A stretch of DNA of 64,000 nucleotides from the human T2T-CHM13v2.0 reference genome, Homo sapiens, in assembly GCF_009914755.1 (NCBI RefSeq), contig NC_060944.1. One strand, written 5' to 3'. The notes below the pieces were generated by a model. It did not search any database. It worked only from the letters and a program-made list of their open reading frames with translations, and had not been told where the DNA came from. Position 1 is the stretch's first letter. Each line of letters opens with the position of its first letter. Shown one piece after another: positions 20,825 to 38,017 of this stretch. A program made the position numbers and the translations under genes.

Positions 20825-23800
20825 GACAGAAACATTCTGACAAACTTCTTTGTGATATGTGCCTTCATCTTACCGTGTTGAACATTTCTTTTGATTGAGC
20901 AGTTTTAAAACACTCTTTTTGTAGAATCTACAAGTGTACATTTGGAGCGCTTTGAGGCTTATGGTGGAAAAGGAAATATCTTCACATAAAAACTAAACAG
21001 AAGCATTCTGACAAACTTCTTTGTGACATGTGCAATCATCTCACAGAGTTAAAACTTTCTTTTGATTGAGAAGCTTTGAAACACGCTTTTTGTAGAATCT
21101 GCAAGTTGACATTTGGAGCGTTTTGAGGCCTATGGTGGATAACGAAATATTTTCATGTAATAATGGGACAGAAGCATTCTGACAAACTTCTTTTTGATGT
21201 GTGCATTCATCTCACAGAGTTGAACCCTCCATTTCATTGAACAGATTGGAAACACTCTTTCTGTAGAATCTGCAATGGACATTTTTCGCACTTTGAGGCC
21301 TATGGTGGAAAAGGAAATATCTTCACATAAAAACTAGACCAAAGCATTCTGACAAACTTCTTTGTGATGTGTGCATTCATCTCACAAATTTGAACCTTAC
21401 TTTTCATTGAGCAGTTTGCAAACACTCTTTTTGTAGAACCTGCAAGTGGATATTTGGAGTGCTTTGGGGGCTGTGGTGGAAAAGGAAGTATCTTCACATA
21501 AAAACTAGACAGATGCATTCTGACAAACTTTTTTGTGATGTGTGCATTCATCTCACAGAGTTGAAACTTTATTTTCATTGAGCAGCTTTGAAACTCTCTT
21601 TTTGTAGAATCTGCAAGTGGACATTTGGAGCGCTTTTAGGTCTAAAGTGGAAAAGAAAAAATATCTTCAAATACAAAGTAGACAGAAGCATTCTGACAAA
21701 CTTCTTCATGATGTGTGCTTTCATCTCACAGAGTTGAAACTTACTTTTCATTGTGCAGTTTTGAAATACACTTTTTGTAGAAGCTGCTACTGGACATTAG
21801 GACTGCTTTGAGGCCTATGGTGGAAAAGGGAATATCTTCTCATAAAAACTAGATAAAAGCATTCTGACAGACTACTTTGTGATGTGTGCATTCATCTCAC
21901 AGAGTTGAAAGTTTCTTTTGATTGAGCAGATTTGAAACACTCTTTTTGTAGAATCTGCAAGTGGATATTTTTAACACTTTGAGGCCTATGGTGGAAAAGG
22001 AAATATCTTCACATAAAAACTAGATCGAAACATTTTGACAAACTTCTTTGTGATGTGTGCATTCATCTCACAGAGTTGAACCTTACTTTTCATTGAGCAG
22101 TTTTGAAACACTCTTTTGGTAGAATCTGCAAGTGGACGTGTGGAGTGCTTTGAGTCCTATGGGGTAAAGGGAAATATCTTCACATAAAAACTACACAGAA
22201 GCATTCTGAGAAACATCTTTGTGATGTGTGTATTCATCTCACAGAGTTTAACCTTCCTTTGATTGAGGAGTTTTGAAACACTCTTTTTGTAGAATCTGCA
22301 AGTGGATATTTGTAGCACTTTGAGCCCTGTTCTGGAAAATGAAATACCTTCACATAAAATCTACACAGAAGCATTCTCAGAAACTTCTTTGGGATGTGTG
22401 CATTCATCTCACAGATGTGAAGCTTTCTTTTTATTGAGCAGTTTGGAAAAACTCTTTTTCTAGTATGTGCAAGCGGATATTTGGAGTCCTTTGTGGCCTA
22501 TGTTGCAAGAGGAAATATCTTAACATAAAAACTACACAGAATCATTCTGAGAAACTTCCTTTTCATGTGTGCATTCATCTCACATAGTTGAACCTGTCTT
22601 TTGATTGAGCAGTATGGAAACACTCTTTTTGTAGAAATTGCAAGAGGATATTTGGAGTTTTATGCCTATCTTGGAAAAGGAAATATGATCACATAAAAAC
22701 CACACAGAAGAATTCTGAAAAACTTCTTTGTTTTGTGTTCATTCAACTCACAGAGTTGAACCTATCTTTTGAATGAGCAGTTTTGAAACTCTCTTTTTGT
22801 AGACTCTACAAGTGGAAATTTGAGCTCTTTGTGGCCGATGGTGGAAAAGGAAATATCTTCCCATAAAAACTACACAGAATTATTCTGAGAACCTTCTTTG
22901 TGACGTGTGCATTCATCTCACAGAGTTGAACCTTTCTTTTGATTGAGCTGTTTTGAAACACTCTTTTTGTAGAATCTGCAAGTGGACATTTGGAGTCCTT
23001 TGAAGCCTATTGTGGAAAAGGAAGTATCCTCACATAAAAACTACACAGAAGCATTCTGAGGAACTTCTTTGTGATGTGTGCGTTCAACTCACAGAGTTGA
23101 ACCTATCTTTTTATAGAGCAGTTTTGAAACTGTTTCTGTAGAATCTGCAAGTGGATATTTGGAGCCCTTTGTGGCTTATAGTGGAAAAGGAAATATCCTC
23201 CTATAAAAACTACAAAGAATCACTCTGAGAAACTTCTTTGTGATGTGTGCATTCATGTCACAGAGTTGAACCTTTCTTTTGATTCAGCAGTTTTGAAAAT
23301 ATCTTTTTGTAGGATCTGTAAGGGGATATTTGGAGGGCTTAGAGGCCCATGGTGGAAAAGGGAATATCTTCCCATAAAAACTACACAGAAGCATTCTGAG
23401 AAACTTCTTTGTGATGTCTGCATTCAACTCGTAGAGTTGAACCTATCTTTTGATAGAGCAGTTTTGGAATTCTCTTTTTGTAGAATCTGAAAGGGGATAT
23501 TTGGAGGCCTTTGTGGCCGATAATGGAAAAGGAAATATCTTCCAATAAAAACTACACGGAAGCATTATGGGAAACTTCCTTTTGATGTGTACATTTATCT
23601 CACAGAGTTGAACATTTCATTTGATTGATGAGTTTTGAAACACTCTTTTTCTAGAAACTGCCATTGGATATTTGGATCGCTTTGAGGCCTATTGTGCAAA
23701 AGGAAATATCTTCATATAAAAACTACACAGAAGCATTCTCAGAAACTTCTTTGTGATGTGTGCATTCATCTCAGAGTTCAAACTTTCTTTTGAATGAGCA

Positions 23801-26800
23801 TTTTGGAAACACTCTTTTTGTAGAATCTGCATGTGGATACTTGGAGCACTTTGAGACCTATTGTGGAAAAGGAAATATCTTCACATAAAAACTGAAAAGA
23901 AAAATTTTGAGAAACTTCTTTGTGATACTTGCATTCATCTCACATTGTTGAACATTTCTTTTGATAGAGCACTTTTGAAACTCCCTTTTGTAGAATCTGC
24001 AAGTGGATATTTGGAGCCCTTTGCGGCCTATGGTGGAAAAGGAAATATCTTCACATAAAAACTACACAGAAGGATTCTGAGAAACTTCTTTGTGATGTGT
24101 GCATTCAACTCGCAGAGTTGAACCCATCTTTTGATAGAGCAGTTTTCATACTCTCTTTTTGTAGAATCTGCAAGTGGATATTTGGAGCCCTTGGCGGCCT
24201 ATGGTGGAAAAGGAAATATCTTCATATTAAAACTTCAAAGAAGCATTCTGAGAAACTTCTTTGTGATGTGTGCATTGATTCCACAGAGTTGAACCTTTCT
24301 TTTTATTGAGAAGTTTGGAAACACTCCTTTGTAGGGTCTGCAAGTGGGTATTTGGAGCGATTTGAGGGCTATGGTGGAGAAGGAAATATCTTCACATAAA
24401 AACTACACAGCATCATTCTCAGAAACTACTTTGTGATGTGTGCATTCAAGTAACAGAGTTGAACCTATCTTTTGATAGAGCAGTTTTGAAATTCTCTTTT
24501 TATAGAATCTGCAAGTGGAGTTTTGGAGCCCTTTGTGGCCTATTGTGGTAAAGGAAAGATCTTCATATAAAAACTATACAGAAGCATTCTGAGAAACTTC
24601 TTTGTGATGTGTGCATTCATCTCACAGAGGTGAACCTTTCTTTTGATTTAGCAATTTTGAAACACTCGTTTGTATATTCTGCAAGTGGATATTTGGAGCG
24701 CTTTGTGGCCTATGGTGGAAAAGGAAATATCTTCACATAAAAATTACACTGAAACTTTCTCAGAAACTTCTTTGTGATGTGTGCATTCCACTCACAGAGT
24801 TGAACCTATCTTTTGATAGAGCAGTTTTGAAACTCTCTTTTTGTAGAATCTTCAAGTGGGTATTTTTAGCCCTTTGTGGCCTATGTTGGAAAAGGAAATA
24901 TCTTCACATAGAAACTACCCGGAGGAATTCTGAGAAACTTCTTTGTGATGTGTGCATTAATCTCACAGAGTTGAAACTTTCTTTTGATTGAGCAGTTTTG
25001 AAACACTCTTTTTCTAGAATCTGCATGTGGATATTTGGAGAGCTTTGAGGCCTGTGGTGGAAAAGGAAATATCTTCACATAAAAACTACACCAAAGCATT
25101 CTGAGAAACTTCTTTGTGATGTGTCCATTCACCTCGCAGGGTTGAACCTATCTTTTGATAGAGCAGTTTTAAACCCTCTTTTTGTAGGAGGTGCAAGTGG
25201 ATATTTGGAGCGGTTTCAGGCCTACGGTGGAAAAGGAAATATCTTCACATAAAAACTACACAGAAGAATTCTCAGAAACTTTTTGTGATGTGTGCATTCA
25301 ACTCACAGAGTTCAATGTAACTTTTCATAGAGCAGTTTTGAAACTCTATTTGGTAGAATCTGCAAGTGGATATTTGGAGCCATTTGTGGCCTATGGGGGA
25401 AAAGGACATATCTTCACATAAAAACTACACAGAAGCATTCTGAGAAACTTCTTTGTGATGTGTGCATTCAACTCAAAGAGTTGAACCTATCTTTTGACAG
25501 AGCAGTTTTGAAACTCTCTGTTTTTAGAACCTGCAAGTGGATATTTGGAGACCTTTATGGCCTATGGTGGAAAAGGAAGTATCTTCACATAACAACTTCA
25601 CAGAAGCATTCTGAGAAACTACTTTGTGATGTGTGCATTCAACTCACAGAGTTCAACCTATCTTTTGATAGAGTAGTTTTGAAACTCTCTTTTTGTAGAA
25701 TCTGCAAGTGAATATTTTTAGCCCTTTGCAGCCTATGGTGGAAAAGGAAATATCTTCACATAAATATTAAACAGAGGCATTCTGAGAAACTACTTTGTGA
25801 TGTGTGCATTCATCTCACACATTAGAACCTTTCTTTTGTTTGAGCAGTTTTGAAACACTCTTTTTGTAGTATCTGCAAGTGGATATTTGGAGGGATTTGT
25901 GGCCTAATGTGGAAAAGGAAATATCTTCACAAAAAAACTAGACAAAACCATTCTTAGAAACTTCTTTTTGATGTATGCATTCTAATAACGGAATTGAACC
26001 TTTCTTTTGACTAAGCTGTTATGAAACCCTATTTCTGTAGAATCTGCAATTGGATACTTGCAACAGTTTACGACTTCTAGTGGAAAAGGAAATGTCTTTA
26101 CATACAAACTAGACAGAAGCTTTCTGAGAAACTACTTTGTGATGTGTGCATTCATCTCACAGATTTGAAACTTCCTTTTAATTGAGCAGTTTTCAAACAC
26201 TCTTTTTGTAGAATCTGCAAGTGCATATTTGGAACGCTTTGAGGCCAATGGTGGAAAAGGAAATATCTTCACATAAAAACTAGACAGAAGCATGCTGAGA
26301 AACTTCTTTGTGATGTGTGCATTCAACTCACAGAATTGAACCTCTCTTATGATTGAGCCGTTTGGAAACTCTCTTTTTGTACTATCTACATGTTGATATT
26401 TGGAGCACTTTGATGCCTATGGTTTGAAAAAAAATCTTCACATAAAAACTAGACAGAAGCATTCTGAGAAGCTTCTTCGTGATGTGTGCATTCAACTCAC
26501 AGAGTTGAACCTTTCTTTTGATTGAGCAGTTTGGAAACAGTCTTTCTGTACAATCTGTAAGTGGATCTTTTGTATGCTTTGAGGCCCATGATAGAAAAGG
26601 AAATATCTTCATGAAAGAACTGGACAGAAGCATTCTGAGAAACTTCTTTGTGATGTGAGCAGTCATCTCACAGGGTTGAACCTTTCTTTCAATTTAGCAG
26701 TTTTGAAACACACCTTTTGTAGATTCTGCAAGTGGATATTTGGAGCCCTTTACCATCTATAGTGGAAAAGGAAATATCATATAAAAACTAGACAGAAGCA

Positions 26801-29800
26801 TTCTGAGAAACTTGTTTGTGATGTGTGCATTCAACTGAGAGACTTGAACCTCTCTTTTGCTTGAACAGTTTGGAAACTATCTTTTTGTAGGATCTGCAAG
26901 TGGATATTTGGAACCATTTGTGGCCTATGGTGTAAAACTAAGTATCTACACATAAAAACTCGACAGAAGCATTCTGAGAAACTTCTTTGTGATGTGTGAA
27001 TTCAACTCACAGAGTTGAACTGCTCTTTTGATTGAGCAGTTTGGAAACAGTCTTTTTGAAGTATCTGTTTGTGGATATTTGGAGCTCCTTGAGGCCTACG
27101 GTGGAAAACGAAATATCTTCACATGAAAACTTGAGAGAAACATTCTGAGAAACATCTTTGCGATATGTACATTCACCTCACATGGTTAAACTTCCCTTTT
27201 GATTGAGCAGTTTGGAAACACTCTTTTTGTAGTATCTGCAAATGGATATTTGGAGAGGACTGAGGCCTATAGTGGAAAAGGAAATATCTTCACATAAAAG
27301 CTAGACAGAAGCATTCTGAGAAACTTCCTTGTGATGAATGCACTCAATTCACAGAGTTGAAACTTTCTTTTGGTTGAGCAGTTTTGTAACACTCTTTTTG
27401 TAGAATCTGCAAGGGGATATTTGGAGCAATTTGTGGCCTATAGTGGAAAAGAAAATGTCTTCACATAAAAACGAGACAGAAGTATTCTGAGAAACTTCTT
27501 TGTGATGTGTGCATTCAATTCACCGAACTGAATATTTCTTTAGATACGGCAGTTTTAAAACACTCTTTTTGTTGTATCTGCAAATGGATATTATGAGCAG
27601 TTTCAGGCCTATGGTGGAAAAGGAAATGTCTTCATATAAATACAAGAAAGAAGCATTCTGAGAATCTTCTTTGTGATGTGTGCTTTGAACTCCCAGGCTT
27701 CAACCTTTCTTTTGATAGAGCAGTTTTGAAACACACTTTTTGTATAATCTGCTAGTGGATATTTGAAGCAATTTGGGGCCTATGGTGGAAAAGGGAATAT
27801 CTTCACCTAAAAAATACACAGAAGTATTCTGAGAAACTTCCTTGTGATGTGTGCATTCAACTAACAGAGTTGAATCTTACTTTTGATTCAGCAGTTTTGA
27901 AACACTCTTTTTGTAGAATCTGCAATTGGATATTTGGAGCGTGTTGTGGCCTATGGTGGGAAAAGAAATATCTTCACATAAAATCTAGCAGAAACATTCT
28001 GAGAAACTTCTGTGTCATGTGTGCATTCACTTCACAGAGATGAAACTTTCTTTTGATTGAACAGTTTTGAAACACTCTTTTTGTAGAATCTGCAAGTGCA
28101 TATTTGGAGTGCTTTGAGGCCTATTGTGGAAAAGGATATATCTTTATCTAAAAACTACACTGAAGAATTCTGAGAAAGTTTTTTGTGTTGTGTGCATTTA
28201 ACTCACAGAATTGAACTTTTCTTTTGATTGCACAGTTTGGAAACTGTTTTTGGGGTATCTGCAAATGAATATTTGGAGAGGTTTGAGGACTGTTGTGGAA
28301 AAGGAAATATCTTCACATAAAAACAAGACAGAAGTATTCTGAGAAACTCCTTTTTGATGTGTGCATTCATCTCACAGAGTTGAAACTTTCTTTTGATTGT
28401 CCATTATGAAACCAGCTTTTTGTAGAATCTGCAAGTGGGTATTTGGAGCGCATTGAGCACTATGGTGAAAAAGGAAGTAACTTCACAGAGAAAAACATCA
28501 GAAGCATTCTGAGAAACTTCTTTGTGATGTGTGCATTCATCTCTCAGAGTTGAACCTTTCATTTGATTTAGCAGTTTTGAAACACTCTTTTTGTAGAATC
28601 TGCAAGTGGATATTTGGAGTGCTTTGAGGCCTATTGTGGAAAAGGATATAACCTTATCTAAAGACTACACAGAAGAATTTTGTGAAAGTTCTTTGTGTTG
28701 TGCGCATTTAACTCACAGAATTGAACTTTTCTTTTGATTGCACAGTTTGGAAACTGTGTTTTTGTGGTATCTGCAAATGAATATTTGGAGCGGTTTGAAG
28801 ACTGTTGTGGAAAAGGAAATATCTTCACATAAAAACAAGACAGAAGCATTCTGAGAAACTTCTTTTTGATGTGTGCATTAATCTCACAGAGTTGAAACTT
28901 TCTTTTGATGGACCAGTTTTGAAACCCGCTTTCTGTAGAATCTGCAAGTGGGTATCTGGAGCGCACTGAGCACTATGGTGGAAAAGGAAGTAACTTCACA
29001 GAAAAACACAACAGAAGCATTCTAAGAAACTTCTTTGTGATGTGTGCATTCATCTCTCAGAATTTAACATTTCATTTGATTTAGCAGTTTTGAAACACTC
29101 TTTTTGTAGAATCTACAAGTGGATATTTGGAAGGATTTGAGGGTACCATGGAAAAGGAAATATCTTCACATAAAAACAACACAGAAGCATTCTCAGAAAC
29201 TTCGTTGTTTTGTGTGCATTCATCTCACAGAGTTGAAACATTCCTTTTACAGAGCAGTTTTGAAACACACTTTTTGCAGAATCTGCAAGTGGATATTTGC
29301 AGCCCTTTGAGGGCTATGGTGGAAAAGGAAATATGTTCACATAAAAACTACACAGAAGCATTCTGAGAAACTGCTTTGTGATGTGTGCATTCAACTCACA
29401 GAGTTAAACCTATGTTTTCATAGAACAGTTTTGAAACTCTTTGTAGAATCTACAAGTGATTATTTAGAGGCTTTTGTGACAGATGGTGGAAAAGGAAATA
29501 TCTTCCTATAAAAACTACACAGAAGTATTCTGAGAAACTTCCTTGTGATGCATGCATTCTTCTCACAGAGTTGAACATTTCATTTGATTGAGCAGTCTTG
29601 AAACACTCTTTTTGTAGAATCTGCAAGTGGCCATTTGGAGCCTTTTGCGGCCAATGGTGGAAAAGGAAATATCTTCACATAAAAACTGCACAAAAGCATT
29701 GTGGGAATCTGCTTTGTGATGTGTGCATTCATCTCACAGAGATGAACCTCTCTTTTCATTGAGTAGTTTGGAAACACTCTTTTTGTAGAATCGGTAAGGG

Positions 29801-32260
29801 GATATATGAAGCGTTTTGAGGCCTATTGTGGAAAATGAATTTTCTTCACATAAAAACTACACAGAAGCATTCTGAGAAACTTCTTTGTGATGTGTGCATT
29901 CATCTCACAGAGTTGAACCTTTCTTTTGATTGAGCAGTTGTGAAGCATTCTTTTTGTAGAAACTGCAAGTGGATATTTGTAGTGCTTTGAGGCCTATGGC
30001 AGAAAAGAAATATCTTCACATAAAAACTACACAGAAGCATTCTGAGAAACTTCTTTGTGATGTGTACATTCATCTCATAGAGTTGAACCTATCTTTTGAT
30101 AGAGCAGTTATGAAACCGTCTTTTTGTAGAATCTGCAAGTGGATGTTTGGAACCCTTTGTGGCCTATGGTGGAAAAGGAAATATCTTCACATAAAAACTA
30201 CACAGAAGCATTCTGAGAATCTTCTGTGTGGTGTGTGCATTCAACTCACAGAGTTGAACCTGTCATTTGATTGAACAGTTTTGAATCTCTCTTTTTGTAG
30301 AATTTGCAAGTGGATATTTGCAGCACTTTGTGGCCTATTTTTGAAAAGGAAATATCTTCACATAAAAACTACACAGAAGCATTCTGAGAATCTTCCTTGC
30401 GATGTGTACATGCATCTCATAAAGTTGAAACTTTCATTTGATTGAGCAGTTTTGAAACACCCTTTTTGTAGAATTTGCAAGTGGATATTTGGATCACATC
30501 AAGGTCTATTGTGGAAAACGAAATATCTTCACATAAAAAATACACAGAAGCATTCTGAGAAACTTCTTTGTGATGTGTGCATTCATCTCACGGAGTTTAA
30601 ACTTTCTTTTGATTGAGCAGTTTTGAAATACTCTTTTTATAGAATCTGAAAGTGGATATTTGAAGCGCTTTGATGCCTATAGTGGAAAAGGAATTACCTT
30701 CACATAGAAACTACACAGAAGGATTCTGAGAAACCTCATTGTGATGTGTGCTTTCATCTCAGAGAGTTGAACATGTCTTTTGATTGAGTCGTTTTGAAAC
30801 AGACTTTTTGTAGAACCTGTAGGTGGATATTTGTAGCTCCTTGAGGCCTATTTTGGAAAAGGAAATATCTTCACATATAAAGTACACAGAAGAATTCTGA
30901 GAAACTTATTTGTGATGAGTGCATTCTTGTCATGGAGTTCAACCTTTCTGTGGATTGACCAGTTTGGAAACACTCTTTTTGTAGAATCTGCATGTGGATA
31001 TTTGGAGCGCTTTGAGGCCTGTGGTGGAAAAGGAAATATCTTCACATAAAAACCACACAGAGGAATTCTGAGAAACTTCTTTGTGATCTGTGCATTCTTG
31101 TCACAGAGTTGAACCTTTCTTTGGATTGACCAGTTTGGAAACACTCTTTTTGTAGAATCTGCAAGTGGATATTTGGAGCGCTTTGAGGCGTATGGTGGAA
31201 AAGGAAATATGTTCACATAAAAACTACCCAGAAGCATTCTGACAATCTACTTTGTGATGTGTGCATTCAACTCACATAGTTGAACCTACCTTTTGACAGA
31301 GCAGCTTTGAAACTCTCTTTTTGTAGAAACTGCAGGTGGATATTTGGAGTCCTTTGAAGCCTGGGGTGGAAAAAGGAATATCTACACAGAAAAACTACAC
31401 AGAAGCATTCTGAGAAACTTTTTAGTGATGTTTGCATTCATCTCACAGAGTTCAACCTCTCTTTTGATTGAGCAGTTTGGAAACACTCTTTGTAGAATCT
31501 GCAAGTGGATATTTGGAGTGCTTTAAGGCCTATTGTTGAAAAGGAAATATCTTCACATAAAAACTACACAGAAACATTCTGAGAAACTTCTTTGTGATCT
31601 GTGCATTCCTGTCACAGAGTTGAACCTTTCTTTGGATTGACCTGTTTGGAAACCCTCTTCTTGTAGAATCTGCAAGTGGATATATGGAGCTCTTTGGGGC
31701 CTATGGTGGAAAAGGAAATATCTTCACATAAAAACTACCCAGAAGCATTCTGAGAATCTACTTTGTGATGTGTGCATTCAACTCACAGAGTTGAAACTAC
31801 CTTTTGATAGAGCAGCTTTCAAACTCTCTTTTTGTAGAATCTCCAAGTGGATATTTGGAGCCCTTTGAAGCCTATGGTGGAAAAAGGAATATCTTCACAG
31901 AAAAACTACACAGAAGCATTCTGAGAAACTTCTTAGTGATGTGTGCATTCATCTCACAGAGTTCAACCTCTCTTTTGATTGAGCAGTTTTGAAATACTGG
32001 TTTTGTAGAATCTGCAAGTGGATATTTGGAGCACTTTTAGGCCTATTGTTGTAAAGGAAATATCTTCACATAAAAACTACACAGAAGCATTCTGAGAAAC
32101 TTCTTTGTGATGTGTGCATTCAACTCACAGAGTTGAACCTATATTTTGATAGAGCAGTTTTGAAACTCTCTTTTTGTAGCATCTGCAAGTGGATATTTGG
32201 AGCCTTTCTCGGCCTAAGTTGGAAAAGGTATTAACTTCACATAAAAACTATACAGAAGCA
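20825..32260 (+). repeat. Alpha satellite, forward: cattcTGACaaac class to ~22050, then mostly aaaactACACagaag class (actAGAC sub-block ~25930-27700)
   Basis: cattctgagaaacttctttgtgatgtgtgcattc repeats; A-box ctatggtggaaaaggaaa at the box position. Confidence 0.97.
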
Positions 32261-33622
32261 TGGTACTGCTAACAAAACAGAGATATAGATCAATGGAACA
32301 TAACAAAGCCCTCAGAAATAATGCCGCATGTCTACAACTATCTGATCTTCGACAAACCTGAGAGAAACAAGCAATGGGGACAGTATTTTCTATTTAATAA
32401 ATGGTACTGGGAAAAATGGTTAGCCATATGTAGAAAGCTGAAACTGGATCCCTTTCTTACAGCTTATACAAAAATTAATTCAAGATAGATTAAATACTTA
32501 AACGTTAGACCTAAAACTATGAAAACTCTGGAAGAAAACCTAGGCTTTACCATTCAGGACATAACCATAGGAAAAGACTTCATGTCTAAAGCACCAAAAG
32601 CAAAGGAAACAAAGCCAAAATTGACATATGGGATCTAATTAAACTAGATATTCTGCACAGCAAAAGAAACTACCTTCAGGGTGAACAGGCAGCCTACAAA
32701 ATGGGAGAAAATTTTCACAACTACTCATCTGACAGAGGGCTAATATCCAGAATCTACAATAAACTCAAACAAATTTACAGGAAAAAAACAAACAACCCCA
32801 TCAAAAAGTGGGTGAAGGACATGAACAGATACTTCTCAAAAGAAGACATTTATACAGCCAAAAAACACATGAAAAAATGCTCACCATCACTGGCCATCAG
32901 AGAAATGCAAATCAAAAACACAATGAGATACCATCTCACACCAGTTAGAATGGCGATCATTAAAAAGTCAGGAAACAACAGGTGCTGGAGAGCATGTGGA
33001 GAAATAGGAACACATTTACACTGTTGGTGGGACTGTAAACTAGTTCAACCATTGTGGAAGTCCGTGTGGCGATTCCTCAGGGATCTAAAACTAGAAATAC
33101 CATTTGATCCGGCCATCCCATTACTGGGTATATACCCAAAGGACTATAAATCATGCTGCTATAAAGACACATGCACATGTATGTTTATTGTGGCACTGTT
33201 CACAATAGCAAAGACTTGGAACCAACTCAAATGTCCAAAAATAATAGACTGGATTAAGAAAATGCGGCACATATACACCATGGAATAATAAGCAGCCATA
33301 AAAAAAGATGAGTTCATGTCCTTTTTAGGGACATGGATGAAACTGGAAATCATCATTCTCAGTAAACTATCACAAGAACAAAAAACCAAACACTGCATAT
33401 TCTCACTCATAGGTGGGAATTGAACAATGAGAACACATGGACACAGGAAGGAGAACATCACACTCTAGGAACAGTTGTGGGGTGGGGGGAGGGGGTAGAG
33501 ATAGCTTTAGGAGATATACATAATGCTAAATGACGAGTCAATGGGTGCTGCACACCAGCATGCCACATGCATACATATGTAACTAACCTGCACATTGTGC
33601 ACATGTACCCTAAAACTTAAGG

Positions 33623-33654
<32 letters not shown>
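32258..33654 (+). mobile_element. L1 #3: 5'-truncated LINE-1 (L1PA4/PA3-like), ~1.4 kb
   Basis: Starts agcatggtactg (AGCAT microhomology with the target); 3'UTR gctAAAtgacgagtcAAtggg, ttAggagat; degraded TSD aactatacagaagcat / aaatacatagaagcat. Confidence 0.94.
33625..33654 (+). repeat. (TAA)10 microsatellite derived from the L1 #3 polyA tail
   Basis: 10 perfect TAA units directly after the L1 3' end. Confidence 0.9.
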
Positions 33655-33657
<3 letters not shown>

Positions 33658-35834
33658 CATAGAAGCATTCTGAGAAACTTCTTTGTGATGTGTGCATTCA
33701 TCTCACAGATTTGAACTTTTCTTTTTATTGAGCAGTTTGGAAACACTCTTTCTGTAGAATCTGCAAGTGTATATTTGGAGTGCTTTGATCCCTATAGTGG
33801 AAAAAGAAATATCTTCACATAAAAACTACACAGAAGCATTCTGAGAAACTTCTTTGTGATGTGCACATTCAACTCCGATAGTTGAACCTATCGTTTGATT
33901 TAGCAGTTTTGAATCTCTCTTTTTTTAGTATCTCCAAGTGGTTATTTGAAGCCTTTTGTGGCCCATTTCAGAAAAGGAAATATCTTCAAATAAAAACTAC
34001 ACAGAAGTACTCTTAGAAACTTCTTTGCGATATGTGCATTGAACTCACAGAACTGAAACTATCTTTTGATAGAGCGGTTTTGAAACTTTCTTTGTGTAGA
34101 ATCTGCAAGTGTATATTTGGAGCCCTTTGAGGCCTACTGTGGAAAAGGAAATATCTTCACATAAACAATATACAGAAGCATTCTGAGAAACTTCTTTGAG
34201 ATGTGTGCATTAATCTTGCAGAATTGAACCTATCTTTGGATTGAGCACTTTTTAATCTATCTTTTTGTAGAATCTGCAAGTAGATATTTGCAGCACTTTG
34301 AGGCCTATGGTGGAAAAGGGAATATCTTCACATAAAAACTACACAGAAGCACTCTGAGAAACTTCTTTGAGATGTGGGCATTCATCTCACAGAGTTGAAT
34401 ATTTCTTTTGATTGAACAGTTTTGAATCTCTCTTTTTGTAGAATGTGCATTTGGATATTTGGAGCCCTTTGCAGCCTATTTTGGAAAAAGAAATATCCTC
34501 AGAGTAAAACTACACAGAAGCACTCTGAGAAACATCTTTGTGATGTGTACACTCATGTTACAGAGTTGAAACTTTCTTTCGATTGAGCGCTTTTGAAACT
34601 TTTTTTATAGAATCTGCAAGTGGATGTTTGAAGCGCTTTGAGACCTGTGGTGGAAAAGGAAATATCTTCATATAAAAACTACACAGAAGCATTCTGAGAA
34701 ACTTCCTTGTGATGTGTGCATTCATCTCACAGTGTTCAATCTTTCTTTTGATTGAGCAGTTTTGAAACACTCTTTTTGTAGAATCTGTAAGCGGATATTT
34801 AGAGCTCTTTGAGATCTATGTTGGAAAAGGGAATATCTTCACATAAAAACTACACAGAAGCATTCTGAGAAACTTCTTTGTGATGTGTCAATTTGACTCG
34901 TAGAGTTGAATCTATCTTTTGATTGCACGGTTTTGAATCTCTCTTTTTGTAGAATCTGCAAGTGGATATTTGGATCCGTTTATGGCCTATTTTTGAAAAG
35001 GAAATATCTTCAAATAAAAACTACACGGAAGCATTCTGAGAAACTTCTTTGTGACGTGTGCATTCATCTCACAGAATTGAAACTTTCTTTTGATTGAGCA
35101 GTTCTGAAACACTCTTTTTGAAGAATCTGCAAGTAGATATTTGAAGTGCTTTGAGGCCTATTGTGGAAAAGGAAATATCTTCGCATAAAAACTACACAGA
35201 AGCATTCTGAGAAACTTCTTTTTGATGTGTGCATTCATCTCACAGAGTTGAACTTTTATTTTGATTGAGCTGTTTTGAAACACTCTTGTAGCATCTGCAA
35301 GTGGATATTTTGAACAATTTGAGGCCAATGGTGGAAAAGGAAATATCTCCACATAAAAACTACAAAGAAGCATTCTGAGAAACTTCTTTGTGATGTGTGC
35401 ATTCAACTCACAGAGTTGAATCTTTCTTTTGATAGAGCAGTTTTGAAACTCTCTTTTTGTAGTATCTGCAAGTGGATATTTGGAGCCCGTTGTAGTCTAT
35501 GGTGGAAAAGGAAATATCTTCACATAAAAACTACACAGAAGCATTCTGAGAAACTACTTTCTGATGTGTGAATTCATCTCACAGAGGTGAAACTTTCTTT
35601 TGATTGACCAGTTATGAAACACTCTTTTTATAGAATCTGAAAGTGGATATTTGAAGCCCTGTGAGGCCTATAGTGGAAAGGGAAATATGTTCTCAGAAAA
35701 CTATACAGAAACATTCTGAGAAACTGCTTTTTGATGTGTGCATTCATCTCAGAGTGTTGAACCTTCGTTTTGATTGAGCAGTTTTGAAACCCTCTTTTTG
35801 TAGAATCTGCAAGTGGATATTTGAAGCGCTATGA
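33655..35834 (+). repeat. Alpha satellite, forward, actACAC class
   Basis: 171-bp monomers resume in register after the TSD. Confidence 0.96.
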
Positions 35835-38017
<2,183 letters not shown>

